Shown piece after piece: positions 1-9,681 of a stretch of 64,000 bases of DNA. The notes under the pieces are model-generated. The model saw only the letters and a list, made by a program, of their open reading frames with translations. It was not told the origin of the DNA and searched no databases. Origin of the DNA: an uncultured cyanobacterium (lineage in GTDB: Bacteria > Cyanobacteriota > Cyanobacteriia > Cyanobacteriales > Cyanobacteriaceae); NCBI GenBank assembly GCA_963710605.1, contig CAVQBA010000006.1, positions 864,001 to 928,000 of the forward strand, in the 5' to 3' direction. Every line of letters starts with the position of its first letter. Position 1 is the first letter of the stretch. Made by a program: the position numbers and the translations under genes.

Positions 1-3000
1 ACGATCGATCCTAATCTTTTCCGTAACGATACCTATTTTATTCGAGTCTTAAGTTTTGACGTTAATGGTCAAGGTAGAGTAGAAGGTGTAATTCTCAGCA
101 TCGATTCACAAACTAAACCAGGTGAATTTAGTCTTGACTTTACCGATTTAACTGTACCAATTGCAGGAGTACCGATCGAAATTACTCGTAGTTACAGTAG
201 TATCGATGCTAATATTGAAGGTGATTTTGGTTACGGTTGGCAAATTGGTTTGGGTGATGCCAGTATTGTTGAATCTTCCCCCGATGGCAGAGATTTAAGT
301 GATGCTAATAATATTATCTTTAATACTGCTAATACCTTCTCTGTAGGTACAAGAGTCACATTAAACACCCCTGATGGACGTAGAGTTGGCTTTACCTTCG
401 ATCCTGTACTTTCTGGTACTCCATTTTTCTTCGGTACACTTTATACACCTAGTTTTACTGCCGATGCAGGTGTATTTGCTACTTTAGAAGCAGAAGATAG
501 TTTAGATAGTGTGATTATTAAAAGTGATGGTACGGTAGGAGCACCATTGTTTACTTTCTTGGGTTACAATCCCACAATTTACAGATTAACTACCAGAGAT
601 GGTACAGTTTATCGTTACGACCAAAATGAAGGTTTAATTGATATAACCGATCGTAATGGTAATCTGATTACTTACAACGATGATGGTATTGTTAGCTCAA
701 CAGGGGCAGAAATTCAATTTATTCGTGATGCCGAAGGGCAAATTACCGAAATTATCGATCCCGAAGATAAGTCTTTAGTTTATAAATATGATACTCAAGG
801 TAATTTAATTGGTTTTGTCGATCGTGAAGAAAACGAAACTACCTTTAAATACGAAAGCGATATACCCCATTATCTCACCGAAGTTGTCGATCCATTAGGT
901 AGAACAGGTGTTCGTACTGAATATGAAAATGGTCAAATTAGTAAAATCTTTGATGCTGATGGTAATGCCCTCGATATTAACTATGATTCTGCTTCTTCTA
1001 CTCAAACGATAAACGATCCTTTTGGTAATACTACCACTTTAGTCTTTGATGAAAAAGGTAATGTGATTACTCAAATTGATGCTGAGGGAGGTAGAACCGA
1101 AAGAACTTATGATGATGATAATAATGTATTAACCGAAACTGACCCTGAAGATAATACAACCACTTATACTTATGACGATCGAGGTAATATTCTCACAGTA
1201 AAAGATGCCGAAGATAACATCACCACGACTACTTACAATGACAATAATGATATTCTCACCGAAAAAGATGCCGAAGATAATATTACTATCAACAGATATG
1301 ATGAATTTGGTAATCGTCGTGAAAGAGAAGATGCTCAAGGTAATATAACTGAATATGATTATGACGATCGAGGTTTGTTGACTGTTATTACCGATGCTCA
1401 AGACAACGAAATTATTTTTACCTATGATGATTTTGGTTTTGTCAGAAAGTTAGAGTCTCCTGATGGTTCGGAATATACTTTCACCTACGACAATTTAGGT
1501 AACGTTACTTCTGTCACTAACGATTTAGAACAAACCTTTACTTTCACTTACGATGACGAAGGCAGACAAACTAGTGTTACTAATCCTAAAAACGATACAA
1601 GTTTCACTGAATACAACGCCGCAGGAGATGTAATAGTAGAAATTGATGAGTTAGAACGACGTACTGAATTTAATTATAACGATCGAGCTTTATTAATTGA
1701 AACGATTTTCCCTGACAATACTCCTGATGATTTAACTAATAATCCTCGTATCTTAAATAGTTATGACGCATTAGATCGATTAATTACCACTACCGATGAA
1801 TTAGGCAGAATAACCTACTATGAATATGATGCTCTTGGTCGTTTAGTTGAAACCATTTATCCTGATAATACGCCTGAAGATTTGACTGATAATCCCTCAA
1901 TGAAAATGGAGTATTATAGTGATGGCACAATCAAAGCAGAAATTGATGAGTTAGGTAATCGTACCGAATTTGAATACGATAAAGCTAATAATTTAATTTT
2001 GGAAAGAGATGCTTTAGGATTTGAAACCGAATTTGAATACGATAAAGTAGGTAATCAAAGAGCGATAATCGACGCTAATAATCATCGTACCGAATTTGAA
2101 TACGATCGTTTAGGACAATTAGTTAAAACTATCTTTGCTAATAATACCGAAGAAAGACGCTTTTATAACAGTTTAGGTTATCTGATTGAAATAATCGATC
2201 CCGAACAAATGAAAACGATCGATGATGAAAGACTTAGCACTGAATACGAATACGATGCCCTCGGCAGACTAACTAAAGTTATCAATGCCATTGGTGGTGA
2301 AACTGAATACATCCTCGATACGGCAGGTAATATTATCGAACAAATCGATGCTAATGGTAATACAGTTACTTTTGGCTATGACAATTTGAACCAAGTAATT
2401 TCGACTACCTTACCATTACAAAAACTAGAAAATGGACTATTAGTCGATAATACAGCCACCACCACTTATGATAAAGTCGGCAACATTAAAACCATTACTG
2501 ACTATAACGGCGTAGTCACTACCTTTAATTACGATGCCCGTGATATGTTAATCTCTCGTAGTTATTCCGATGACACTCCCACCGAAACCTTTACCTATAC
2601 TCTGACAGGGCAATTAAAAACCGTAACCGACAACCGAGGTACAACTACTTATAACTATGACGAACGAGATCGCTTACTATCCCGTACCGAACCCGATGGA
2701 CGTACCATCTCTTATACTTACGATTCCGCTGGTAATATTCTTACTTTAATTACTGCTTCTGGCACAACTGTTTATACTTATGATGCTCTCAATCGGATTG
2801 ATACGGTTGAATCTGCTGATGGTGGTATTACAGACTATGATTACGATCGAGTTGGTAATTTAATTGAAACTACCTTACCTAATGGTGTCGTCGAAAATCG
2901 TAATTATGATAATCTCGATCGTCTCATCTATCTAGAAAATGTCAATGGTAATAATGTTATTTCTAGTTATGACTATACTCTCGACAATGTTGGTAATCGT

Positions 3001-4110
3001 ACTCGGATTGAGGAAGAAGACGGCAGAATTATAGAATATGAATATGATGCTCTCTATCGTCTCACCAAAGAAACCGTTACCGATCCAGTCAATGGCAACT
3101 ATACGATCGAATATGGTTACGATGCGGTAGGTAATCGCCTCCAGAAGATTGATTCACTCAACGGTACGACTACCTATATCTATGATGATAACGATCGTCT
3201 TCTCAGCGAAACTACGGGGGATGTGGTAACTCAATATCAATATGATGATGCAGGTAATTTGACTAGCGTTATTGTGGATGGAGAAACGACTCAAACCCTA
3301 GAATGGAATGCCAAAGGCGAGTTAACGGCGGTGGAAGTCATTGAAAATGGCGAAACAGGTAGAACAGAGTTTGAATACGACCAGAATGGTGTCCGAGTAG
3401 CGGTTACTGTTGATGGCGAAGAGACTCGTTTCTTAATCGATAACAATCAACAACTGTTTGCTCAAGTAATTGAGGAATATTTAGTTAATGGTGAGGTTAA
3501 CAACTCTTATACTCATGGTTTAGATTTAATTTCTCAAGATGATGGTACAGACAGAGTTTACTATCAAGTAGATGGTTTGGGTAGCACTCGCAATATTACC
3601 GATACTAATGGTGATGTGCTGGTCGAATATACTTTTGATGCTTATGGTAATTTAATTAGTCAGGTTGGCGATAGCGAGAATAATTATTTATTTACTGGTG
3701 AGCAATTTGATAATGAAATAGGCTTACAATATAACCGTGCCAGATATTATGATGCTTCTACAGGAAGGTTTATTTCACGCGATCCTTTTGAAGGGTTTAA
3801 TGATTTACCTGTTAGTTTACATGATTATTTGTATGCTAATGTAAATCCCGTGAATGCGATCGATCCTAGTGGGGAGGTTACTACGTTAGAGTATGCTATT
3901 CTGGCAACTTTGATTGTTGGGAAACAATTTGCTGCTAGCCAATTGTGTCCCACTTTTACATTCGGTGCTGCAACTGCCATAATTGATTTGGCACTTGCAA
4001 TTATTTTCGTTCATTATAAAGTAGCAACAGTGTTAGCTCTTGCCATATCTGGTGTTACATCAAGTTATCTTTTGGGAGCTGGTGCTCTTTGTGCCGGGCT
4101 GAGAAAGTAA
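1..4110 (+). CDS. Giant Rhs/YD-repeat protein (5' part outside window) with Rhs core and 78-aa hydrophobic C-terminal tip
   Basis: Frame +1 is open from base 1 (TIDPNLFRND...FTDLTVPIAGVPIEITRSYSS...GDFGYGW, the motif typical just before Rhs YD repeats). Many YD repeats; core motifs YLFTGEQFD, YNRARYYD..TGRFISRDP and NPVNAIDPSG. Confidence 0.95.
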   Translation, partial: TIDPNLFRNDTYFIRVLSFDVNGQGRVEGVILSIDSQTKPGEFSLDFTDLTVPIAGVPIEITRSYSSIDANIEGDFGYGWQIGLGDASIVESSPDGRDLSDANNIIFNTANTFSVGTRVTLNTPDGRRVGFTFDPVLSGTPFFFGTLYTPSFTADAGVFATLEAEDSLDSVIIKSDGTVGAPLFTFLGYNPTIYRLTTRDGTVYRYDQNEGLIDITDRNGNLITYNDDGIVSSTGAEIQFIRDAEGQITEIIDPEDKSLVYKYDTQGNLIGFVDREENETTFKYESDIPHYLTEVVDPLGRTGVRTEYENGQISKIFDADGNALDINYDSASSTQTINDPFGNTTTLVFDEKGNVITQIDAEGGRTERTYDDDNNVLTETDPEDNTTTYTYDDRGNILTVKDAEDNITTTTYNDNNDILTEKDAEDNITINRYDEFGNRREREDAQGNITEYDYDDRGLLTVITDAQDNEIIFTYDDFGFVRKLESPDGSEYTFTYDNLGNVTSVTNDLEQTFTFTYDDEGRQTSVTNPKNDTSFTEYNAAGDVIVEIDELERRTEFNYNDRALLIETIFPDNTPDDLTNNPRILNSYDALDRLITTTDELGRITYYEYDALGRLVETIYPDNTPEDLTDNPSMKMEYYSDGTIKAEIDELGNRTEFEYDKANNLILERDALGFETEFEYDKVGNQRAIIDANNHRTEFEYDRLGQLVKTIFANNTEERRFYNSLGYLIEIIDPEQMKTIDDERLSTEYEYDALGRLTKVINAIGGETEYILDTAGNIIEQIDANGNTVTFGYDNLNQVISTTLPLQKLENGLLVDNTATTTYDKVGNIKTITDYNGVVTTFNYDARDMLISRSYSDDTPTETFTYTLTGQLKTVTDNRGTTTYNYDERDRLLSRTEPDGRTISYTYDSAGNILTLITASGTTVYTYDALNRIDTVESADGGITDYDYDRVGNLIETTLPNGVVENRNYDNLDRLIYLENVNGNNVISSYDYTLDNVGNRTRIEEEDGRIIEYEYDALYRLTKETVTDPVNGNYTIEYGYDAVGNRLQKIDSLNGTTTYIYDDNDRLLSETTGDVVTQYQYDDAGNLTSVIVDGETTQTLEWNAKGELTAVEVIENGETGRTEFEYDQNGVRVAVTVDGEETRFLIDNNQQLFAQVIEEYLVNGEVNNSYTHGLDLISQDDGTDRVYYQVDGLGSTRNITDTNGDVLVEYTFDAYGNLISQVGDSENNYLFTGEQFDNEIGLQYNRARYYDASTGRFISRDPFEGFNDLPVSLHDYLYANVNPVNAIDPSGEVTTLEYAILATLIVGKQFAASQLCPTFTFGAATAIIDLALAIIFVHYKVATVLALAISGVTSSYLLGAGALCAGLRK

Positions 4111-4284
4111 ACTCGATTGTTATTTACTACAACTTATACTCCAATTAAAAACAATTGTATTGAGTTAATTGAATAAAACTTATGAAGGTCAATAATTCTC
4201 ATAATAATAAACAGGATTAGCACGAGCGTCGATCTTCTAGGGAACGGTTGACAATGGAAGCCCAACACCAATCATAAAATCAAT

Positions 4285-4634
4285 GACGATCGTTCTTTGA
4301 GTTACGGTAGCCTGTCGGGTGTATCGATCGAGTGCGATGCTTTAAATCTCGCTTTCTTGTTCCCCCCTTGAGTAAGGGGGGCTAGGGGGGATCTAGTCTT
4401 ACTTAAAAGTAGGAGCGATCGTTTTATAGGATGTATTGACTGAGTGCGATCCCCCTAAATCCCCCTTCAAAAGGGGGACTTTCTTCTTTCTACTTTTCGG
4501 GTTGTTTATTTAAGTTTTTTCTTTCTCCTTGTTCTTCCCTTATTCAAAGCAGACTTTCCTCTATTCTCTTGTTCCCCCCTTACTTAAGGGGGGTTAGGGG
4601 GGATCTAGTCTTACTTAAAAGTACGATCGATCGT
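4285..4634. repeat. Repeat block R1: C-run/G-run hairpin (REP/boxC-like) cluster
   Basis: Contains TTCCCCCCTT-n-AAGGGGGG-CTAGGGGGGATC and the inverse GATCCCCCTAAATCCCCCTT-n-AAGGGGGAC; aligns by eye to 5196-5578 and 6600-7013. Confidence 0.9.
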
Positions 4635-4699
4635 TTTTATGAAGATGGAGGGCGATTTATTTTATAAGCTAAAATAAACTTAAAAAAGGAAAAGCTATA

Positions 4700-4918
4700 A
4701 TGTCAAACACCCTTCAATTTGGTCAAGTTTTAGAAATGATTGATAATCTTTCCACCGATGAACAGGATGATTTAATTAATATTATTCGACACAGACAAAT
4801 TGAGAAAAGACGAGAAGAAATTGCCCAGAATATTAATCAAGCCCGTCAAGACTATCAACAAGGAAAAGTATTAGGAGGAAACGTTGATGATATTATTGCT
4901 GAATTAAACAATGATTAA
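4700..4918 (+). CDS. Type II antitoxin (small acidic helical protein upstream of a RelE/YafQ toxin)
   Basis: 72 aa; overlaps the toxin ATG; same pattern as 6103-6321 (LS.EEQ..L, G.V.FGSVDD). Confidence 0.8.
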   Translation: MSNTLQFGQVLEMIDNLSTDEQDDLINIIRHRQIEKRREEIAQNINQARQDYQQGKVLGGNVDDIIAELNND

Positions 4919-5195
4919 ATTAATTCTCACCTCATCTTTTAAACGAACTTTCAAAGCGATTATCAAAAGAAAACCATACTTAAAGCCTAAAATCGAATCC
5001 AAACTTAAATTGTTAGCTGAAAATCCTTATAACCCCATATTACGTACTCATAAACTTAAAGGAAAGTTATCAGGGGCTTGAGCTTGTACCGTTGAATATG
5101 ATTGTCGTATTGTATTTTGTTTTGAGCAAAATAAAGACACCTTAGAGGAAGAAATCAATCTAATTGATATTGGAACTCATGATGAAGTCTATTAG
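4911..5195 (+). pseudogene. RelE/YafQ-family mRNA interferase toxin with in-frame TGA at codon 57
   Basis: Manual translation: MIKLILTSSFKRTFK...LRTHKLKGKLSGA*ACTVEYDCRIVF...LIDIGTHDEVY*. TGA at 5079-5081 aligns with W of the paralog (SETWSCS). Confidence 0.88.
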
Positions 5196-5578
5196 TACGA
5201 TCGTCTTTCTTGTTCCCCCTTTACTCAAGGGTGGCAATGGGAAAACCTAGTTTTACTTAAAAGTAGGAGCGATCGTTTTATGGGATGTATTGATTGAGTA
5301 CGATCGCCCTTCAAAAAGGAGACTTTCTTCTGTTTCTTGTTCTTCTCTTACTCAAGGTGGGCAATGGGGTGTATTGACTGAATACGATCCCCCGCTCATC
5401 CCCCTTAAAAAGGGGGACTTTCTACTTTTTATTGATTTGCGTTGTTTATTTAAGTTTCTTCTTTCTTCTTGCTCTCCCCTTATTCAAAGGAGACTTTCCT
5501 CTATTCTCTTGTTCCCCCCTTACTCAAGGGGGGCTAGGGGGATCTAATCTTACTCAAAGGGAGCTAGAGGAGATCTAA
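5196..5578. repeat. Repeat block R2 (hairpin cluster)
   Basis: Colinear with R3 (6600-7013) and R1; shared strings such as TTACTTAAAAGTAGGAGCGATCGTTTTAT and AGACTTTCCTCTATT. Confidence 0.9.
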
Positions 5579-5917
5579 CCCTTCAATAACATCAACAACA
5601 CCCTCTAAATTACGTAAAACATCCTCATTAGTAAACCGAATTACCCTTAATCCATAACCTTCTAAAATTTCCGTTCTTTTTCGATCGTATTCAATAGCCT
5701 CTTCAGTGTAATGCGTCTCTCCATCTACTTCAATTACTAACTTTAACTTAGGGCAATAAAAATCAACAATAAAATTATCGATTGGGCGTTGACGATGTAC
5801 TCTAAATTGAAAAGTTCTTAAATAATCAGACCAAAGTTTTTGCTCCGCTTTAGTCATCTTTTTTCTTAATTCTTTGGCTCTAGCAACAAGGTTTTTGTTA
5901 TATGGTAAATATTGCAC
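5564..5917 (-). CDS. DUF559 (Vsr-like) endonuclease domain protein
   Basis: ARAKELRKKMTKAEQKLW...HRQRPIDNFIVDFYCPKLKLVIEVDGETH...GLRVIRFTNEDV. Confidence 0.92.
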   Translation of the reverse strand: MQYLPYNKNLVARAKELRKKMTKAEQKLWSDYLRTFQFRVHRQRPIDNFIVDFYCPKLKLVIEVDGETHYTEEAIEYDRKRTEILEGYGLRVIRFTNEDVLRNLEGVVDVIEGLDLL

Positions 5918-6102
5918 CTTAGATAAGGGGGGCTTTTTAATTTATTTTATCTTTTGTAATCAGTGTACGATCGATCGTTTTTTCTAAGCATTGAAGAGCG
6001 CTCGTGGTTTGTGGATGAGAAGAGGGCTGAAATTATCGATATTGTCAAGAATTAAATCATGATAAAATACAAGAAATAAAATTTTTCAACAATTGACAAA
6101 AT

Positions 6103-6321
6103 ATGCTCAAAAGCTCATTATTTCAGCAAGCAATCGAAACTGTAGAAAAATTATCTTTAGAAGAACAACAAATACTAATTGAAACGCTTCAAAAAAGACT
6201 TTCTCAAGAACGTAGAACGCTCCTCAATGAAGAAATGAAAGAAGTTCATCAGGAAGTAAAAGAAGGACAAGTAAAATTTGGTTCGGTTGATGACTTTTTA
6301 GAAGAATTAGATCGGCAATGA
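6103..6321 (+). CDS. Type II antitoxin
   Basis: 72 aa, ATGA overlap with the toxin; homologous to 4700-4918. Confidence 0.8.
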   Translation: MLKSSLFQQAIETVEKLSLEEQQILIETLQKRLSQERRTLLNEEMKEVHQEVKEGQVKFGSVDDFLEELDRQ

Positions 6322-6599
6322 AAATAGCTTGGACACCCAAATCAATGAGAGCTTTTAAAAAAATAATTCGCAAGAATCCACAACTAAGAACACTAATTGA
6401 GATAACGTTACGACAATTAGTAAAAGATCCATTTCACCATAGTTTACGCACTCACAAACTTCAGGGTGATTTCTCTGAAACTTGGTCTTGCTCTATTAAT
6501 TACAGCTATAGAATAATTTTTGAATTTATAGAAAGCTCTAATGAAAAAGAAAAAGCAATACTATTAGTTAATTTAGGCTCTCATGATGAAGTTTATTAG
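6318..6599 (+). CDS. RelE/YafQ-family toxin (intact)
   Basis: LRTHKLQG...WSCSINYSYRIIF...LGSHDEVY. Confidence 0.9.
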   Translation: MKIAWTPKSMRAFKKIIRKNPQLRTLIEITLRQLVKDPFHHSLRTHKLQGDFSETWSCSINYSYRIIFEFIESSNEKEKAILLVNLGSHDEVY

Positions 6600-7013
6600 T
6601 ACGATCGTCTTTCATGTTCCCCCCTTACTCAAGGGGGGCTAGGGGGGATCTCGTTTTACTTAAAAGTAGGAGCGATCGTTTTATGAGGTGTATTGACTGA
6701 GTGCGATCGCCCTTCAAAAAGGAGACTTTCTTCTGTTTCTTGTTCCTCTCTTACTCAAGGTGGGCAATGGGGTATATCGATCGAGTGCGATCCCCCTAAA
6801 TCGCCCTTAAATAAGGGGGACTTTCTTGTTTTTACTTATTAGTCTTGTTTACTTAACTTTCTTCTTTCTTCTAATTCTCCTCTTACTCAAAGCAGACTTT
6901 CCTCTATTTTCTTGTTCCCCCCTTATTTAAGGGGGGCAATGGGGGGATCTAATCTTACTCAAGGGGGGCAATGGGGGGATCTAATCTTACTCAAGGGGGC
7001 TAGAGGGAATCTA
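6600..7013. repeat. Repeat block R3 (hairpin cluster)
   Basis: Near copy of R2, with extra tandem GGGGGGCAATGGGGGGATCTAATCTTACTCAA units. Confidence 0.9.
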
Positions 7014-7070
7014 ACCCTTCAATAACATCAACAACACCTTCTAAATTACGTAAAACATCATCATTAGTAA
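7010..7070 (-). pseudogene. 3' fragment of a second DUF559 gene
   Basis: TCTAACCCTTCAATAACATCAACAACACCTTCTAAATTACGTAAAACATCATCATTAGTAAA is nearly identical to 5574-5635. Confidence 0.85.
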
Positions 7071-7152
7071 AAATGCAGAGCATTTAATGGAATCTATTAA
7101 ACAAGTTAAATCAGCAAATAAATCAGTGAAAAAGTAAATTGATTCATCAAAA

Positions 7153-8478
7153 TTAATCAATAAAAACGATCGCATCTTCACCTAAAACGATCGTAATATC
7201 CGAACTTAAATCACCTGTAGAAGAATATTCTAATTCACCAAAACCCAAACTCTTCTGAACTTGTTTGGCTGAAGTGCTATCTCCTTTTTGAACAATAATT
7301 TGTGTAGTTTCAAATCTCGGTAAATTACGCCCACTTTGATAAACATTACGATAACCTTGCTCGGACAAAATCGAAATGAATTTTTGACTTAACTGAGGAT
7401 TATCAGTACTATTTTGTACCGCTATTCGAGAACCTAATGCTAATCTACTATTAGTCGATACTGAGCTACTATCGATAAATTCTTCGATCACATTCGCTTT
7501 TTTGTTTCGATCGATTATCCAATAACTAGCATTGTATTCCCCCGGACGACTTCCACGCCCTGGCAGAGTTAACATTCTTAGATTTTGCTTTTCTAAGCCT
7601 AAAGAAAAACTCGCCAAACCAACAACTTCTGAATTAGTTAAATTAGTATCAATCTCATCTTGTAACACAGACCATATCCTAGGTGTTCTCCAAGCATTTA
7701 AAGGAGACTGTAATTTTTTTTGTAAAGCTTTGAGTAATACTTGTTGTCTTTGTATTCTACCGATATCACCCAAGCCATCACTACGATAACGAACAAATTG
7801 CTCAGCTTTGTTACCATCAAGATTTTGTTTACCTTGTTTTAAATCTATATATAACCCCTGAGTTTTGTCAGTATATTTCATATCAAAAGGCACATATACT
7901 TCAACACCACCGACAGTATCAATTATTTTACTAAAAGCAGTACTCGTTACTCTAATGTATTTATCTACAGTAATTCCGGCAAAATTATTTTCAATCACCT
8001 CAATAGTGTAATCTACACCACCATTGGCATTAGCACTATTAATTTTTTTTAATGTACCCCTAGGGTATCTTACTAAGCTATCTCTAGGGATAGAAAGCAC
8101 TTTGATTGAGGAATCTTTAGGGTTAACTCTGACTAACAACATCGTATCGCTACGCCCAGAAAACTTAAGCTCAGGATTATCTTCAGAATTAGGCACTTGA
8201 TCAATCCCCATTAATAAAATATTAACAGGTCGATCGATATTTCTCATCAACAATCCACTCAAACCTGCTCGTCTGGTATCATTAATTTTTTCTGCCATAA
8301 TCCGTATATCGACGGGTAAAGGAGTTTTTAAAGCAACAGTTGTACCTAAAAATGCCGACACGGCTGCGGTAATGGTAAAACATCCTCCCCAAACAAAACC
8401 TTGAATTAAAGGAGAAGTATTTTTTTTCATCGATGAAAATTTACCTATTTGTTTAGAGTTAATAGACTCACGTGCCAA
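7153..8478 (-). CDS. LCP (LytR-CpsA-Psr) family protein with LytR C-terminal domain
   Basis: NILLMGID, GRSDTMLL, LSIPRDS, KINSANA, FVRYR, GDIGRIQRQQ. Confidence 0.93.
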   Translation of the reverse strand: MARESINSKQIGKFSSMKKNTSPLIQGFVWGGCFTITAAVSAFLGTTVALKTPLPVDIRIMAEKINDTRRAGLSGLLMRNIDRPVNILLMGIDQVPNSEDNPELKFSGRSDTMLLVRVNPKDSSIKVLSIPRDSLVRYPRGTLKKINSANANGGVDYTIEVIENNFAGITVDKYIRVTSTAFSKIIDTVGGVEVYVPFDMKYTDKTQGLYIDLKQGKQNLDGNKAEQFVRYRSDGLGDIGRIQRQQVLLKALQKKLQSPLNAWRTPRIWSVLQDEIDTNLTNSEVVGLASFSLGLEKQNLRMLTLPGRGSRPGEYNASYWIIDRNKKANVIEEFIDSSSVSTNSRLALGSRIAVQNSTDNPQLSQKFISILSEQGYRNVYQSGRNLPRFETTQIIVQKGDSTSAKQVQKSLGFGELEYSSTGDLSSDITIVLGEDAIVFID

Positions 8479-8586
8479 TTTAGTTTCTAAATATTACAAT
8501 TTTTTTTTCGTTTTAACCATTAATATTGATAGCATACTCTTTAGCGTTTTGTGTATAGATCAATCGATTTATTTTTTTATTTAATT

Positions 8587-9651
8587 ATGAGTAAAACATT
8601 TGTTCCTGTAATTTTAGCTGGTGGTAAAGGAGAAAGATTTTGGCCGTTAAGTCGTTTACAACGCCCGAAACAGTTTTTATGTCTTGATGGTAGTGGTGAT
8701 AGTTTATTACAAGCAACAGCCGAGCGATTATTAACTTTAGCTGGTGGCTGGGATAATTTATTGGTGATTACTTCACAAATTTTAGCTGATGGTATTCAAG
8801 CACAATTACCTTCATTACCTTCGTCTAATATTTTAGTTGAACCTATAGGTAAAGATACAGCACCTGCGGTGACATGGGCAAGTTTAGCGATTCAAGAGCG
8901 TTATGGTGATGATGCGATCGCCGGTTTTTTTCCTGCTGATCATTATATTGGTAATCAAGAACAATTTGAAACTATAATCAAAAATGCCACCGATTATGCA
9001 AACCAACAAAAAGCGATCGTCACCTTAGGCATCAAACCAGATTATCCTTCAACTGGTTTTGGTTATATCAAACAAGGCACAAAACAAAATGAGCAAGACG
9101 AATTAGGTATTTACAAAGTCGATCGTTTTACGGAAAAACCAGAGCAAAAAACCGCAATTGAATTTATCGCAGAGGGTAAATACAGTTGGAATAGTGGGAT
9201 GTTTATTTTTCCCGTCGGTACAGTTTTAAAAGAATTAGCCACTTATGCCCCCGAAATATTAACACCTTTACAAGAAAAAGGAAGTACTGCTTATCATGAC
9301 TTAGATAAAATTAGTATTGATTACGCATTGATGGAAAAAACCGATCTAGCTTACGTTATTCCTGCTGACTTTGGCTGGGATGACTTAGGTGACTGGAATG
9401 CCTTAGAAAGACTTTTAAATAGTGATAGCGATGATAATATCGTTATTGGTAATCATGTAGGGTTAGACACTCACAAATCGATTATTCATAATAGCGAAAA
9501 AGAAGAAATTATTATGACGATCGGGTTACAAAATGTAGTGGTGGTCAGGGATGGGAATGCTACTTTAATTGTTGATAAAAGTAACACTCAAGACATAAAA
9601 AAAGCCTTGAAGAGATTACAAGAGAAAAAAGATAGCCAAAAATATCTGTGA
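8587..9651 (+). CDS. manC: Mannose-1-phosphate guanylyltransferase
   Basis: VILAGGKGERFWPLSR..RPKQF, PADH, FTEKP, WNSGMF, SIDYALME, WDDLGDW. The ATG at 8587 is preferred over the GTG at 8551. Confidence 0.92.
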   Translation: MSKTFVPVILAGGKGERFWPLSRLQRPKQFLCLDGSGDSLLQATAERLLTLAGGWDNLLVITSQILADGIQAQLPSLPSSNILVEPIGKDTAPAVTWASLAIQERYGDDAIAGFFPADHYIGNQEQFETIIKNATDYANQQKAIVTLGIKPDYPSTGFGYIKQGTKQNEQDELGIYKVDRFTEKPEQKTAIEFIAEGKYSWNSGMFIFPVGTVLKELATYAPEILTPLQEKGSTAYHDLDKISIDYALMEKTDLAYVIPADFGWDDLGDWNALERLLNSDSDDNIVIGNHVGLDTHKSIIHNSEKEEIIMTIGLQNVVVVRDGNATLIVDKSNTQDIKKALKRLQEKKDSQKYL

Positions 9652-9681
9652 AAAAAGCTCTAAGCTATACTCTATTAATTA

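Noticed and set aside
4108-4120. TAAACTCGATTGT repeated after the Rhs stop and after the HEPN-candidate stop (62549)
   Set aside because: A 13-bp match is expected by chance in 64 kb of AT-rich DNA, and the similarity does not extend.
5079-5081. TGA=Trp recoding or selenocysteine
   Set aside because: Conserved genes here (manC, thiE, photolyase) end at TGA and use TGG for Trp, so a point mutation is simpler.
5290-5547. 85-aa ORF
   Set aside because: It lies entirely in repeat block R2; PPLIPLKKGD / PPYSRGARG are translations of the hairpins.
4285-7013. CRISPR array
   Set aside because: The repeats are long, degenerate and in both orientations, with no regular unique spacers; no cas genes are present.
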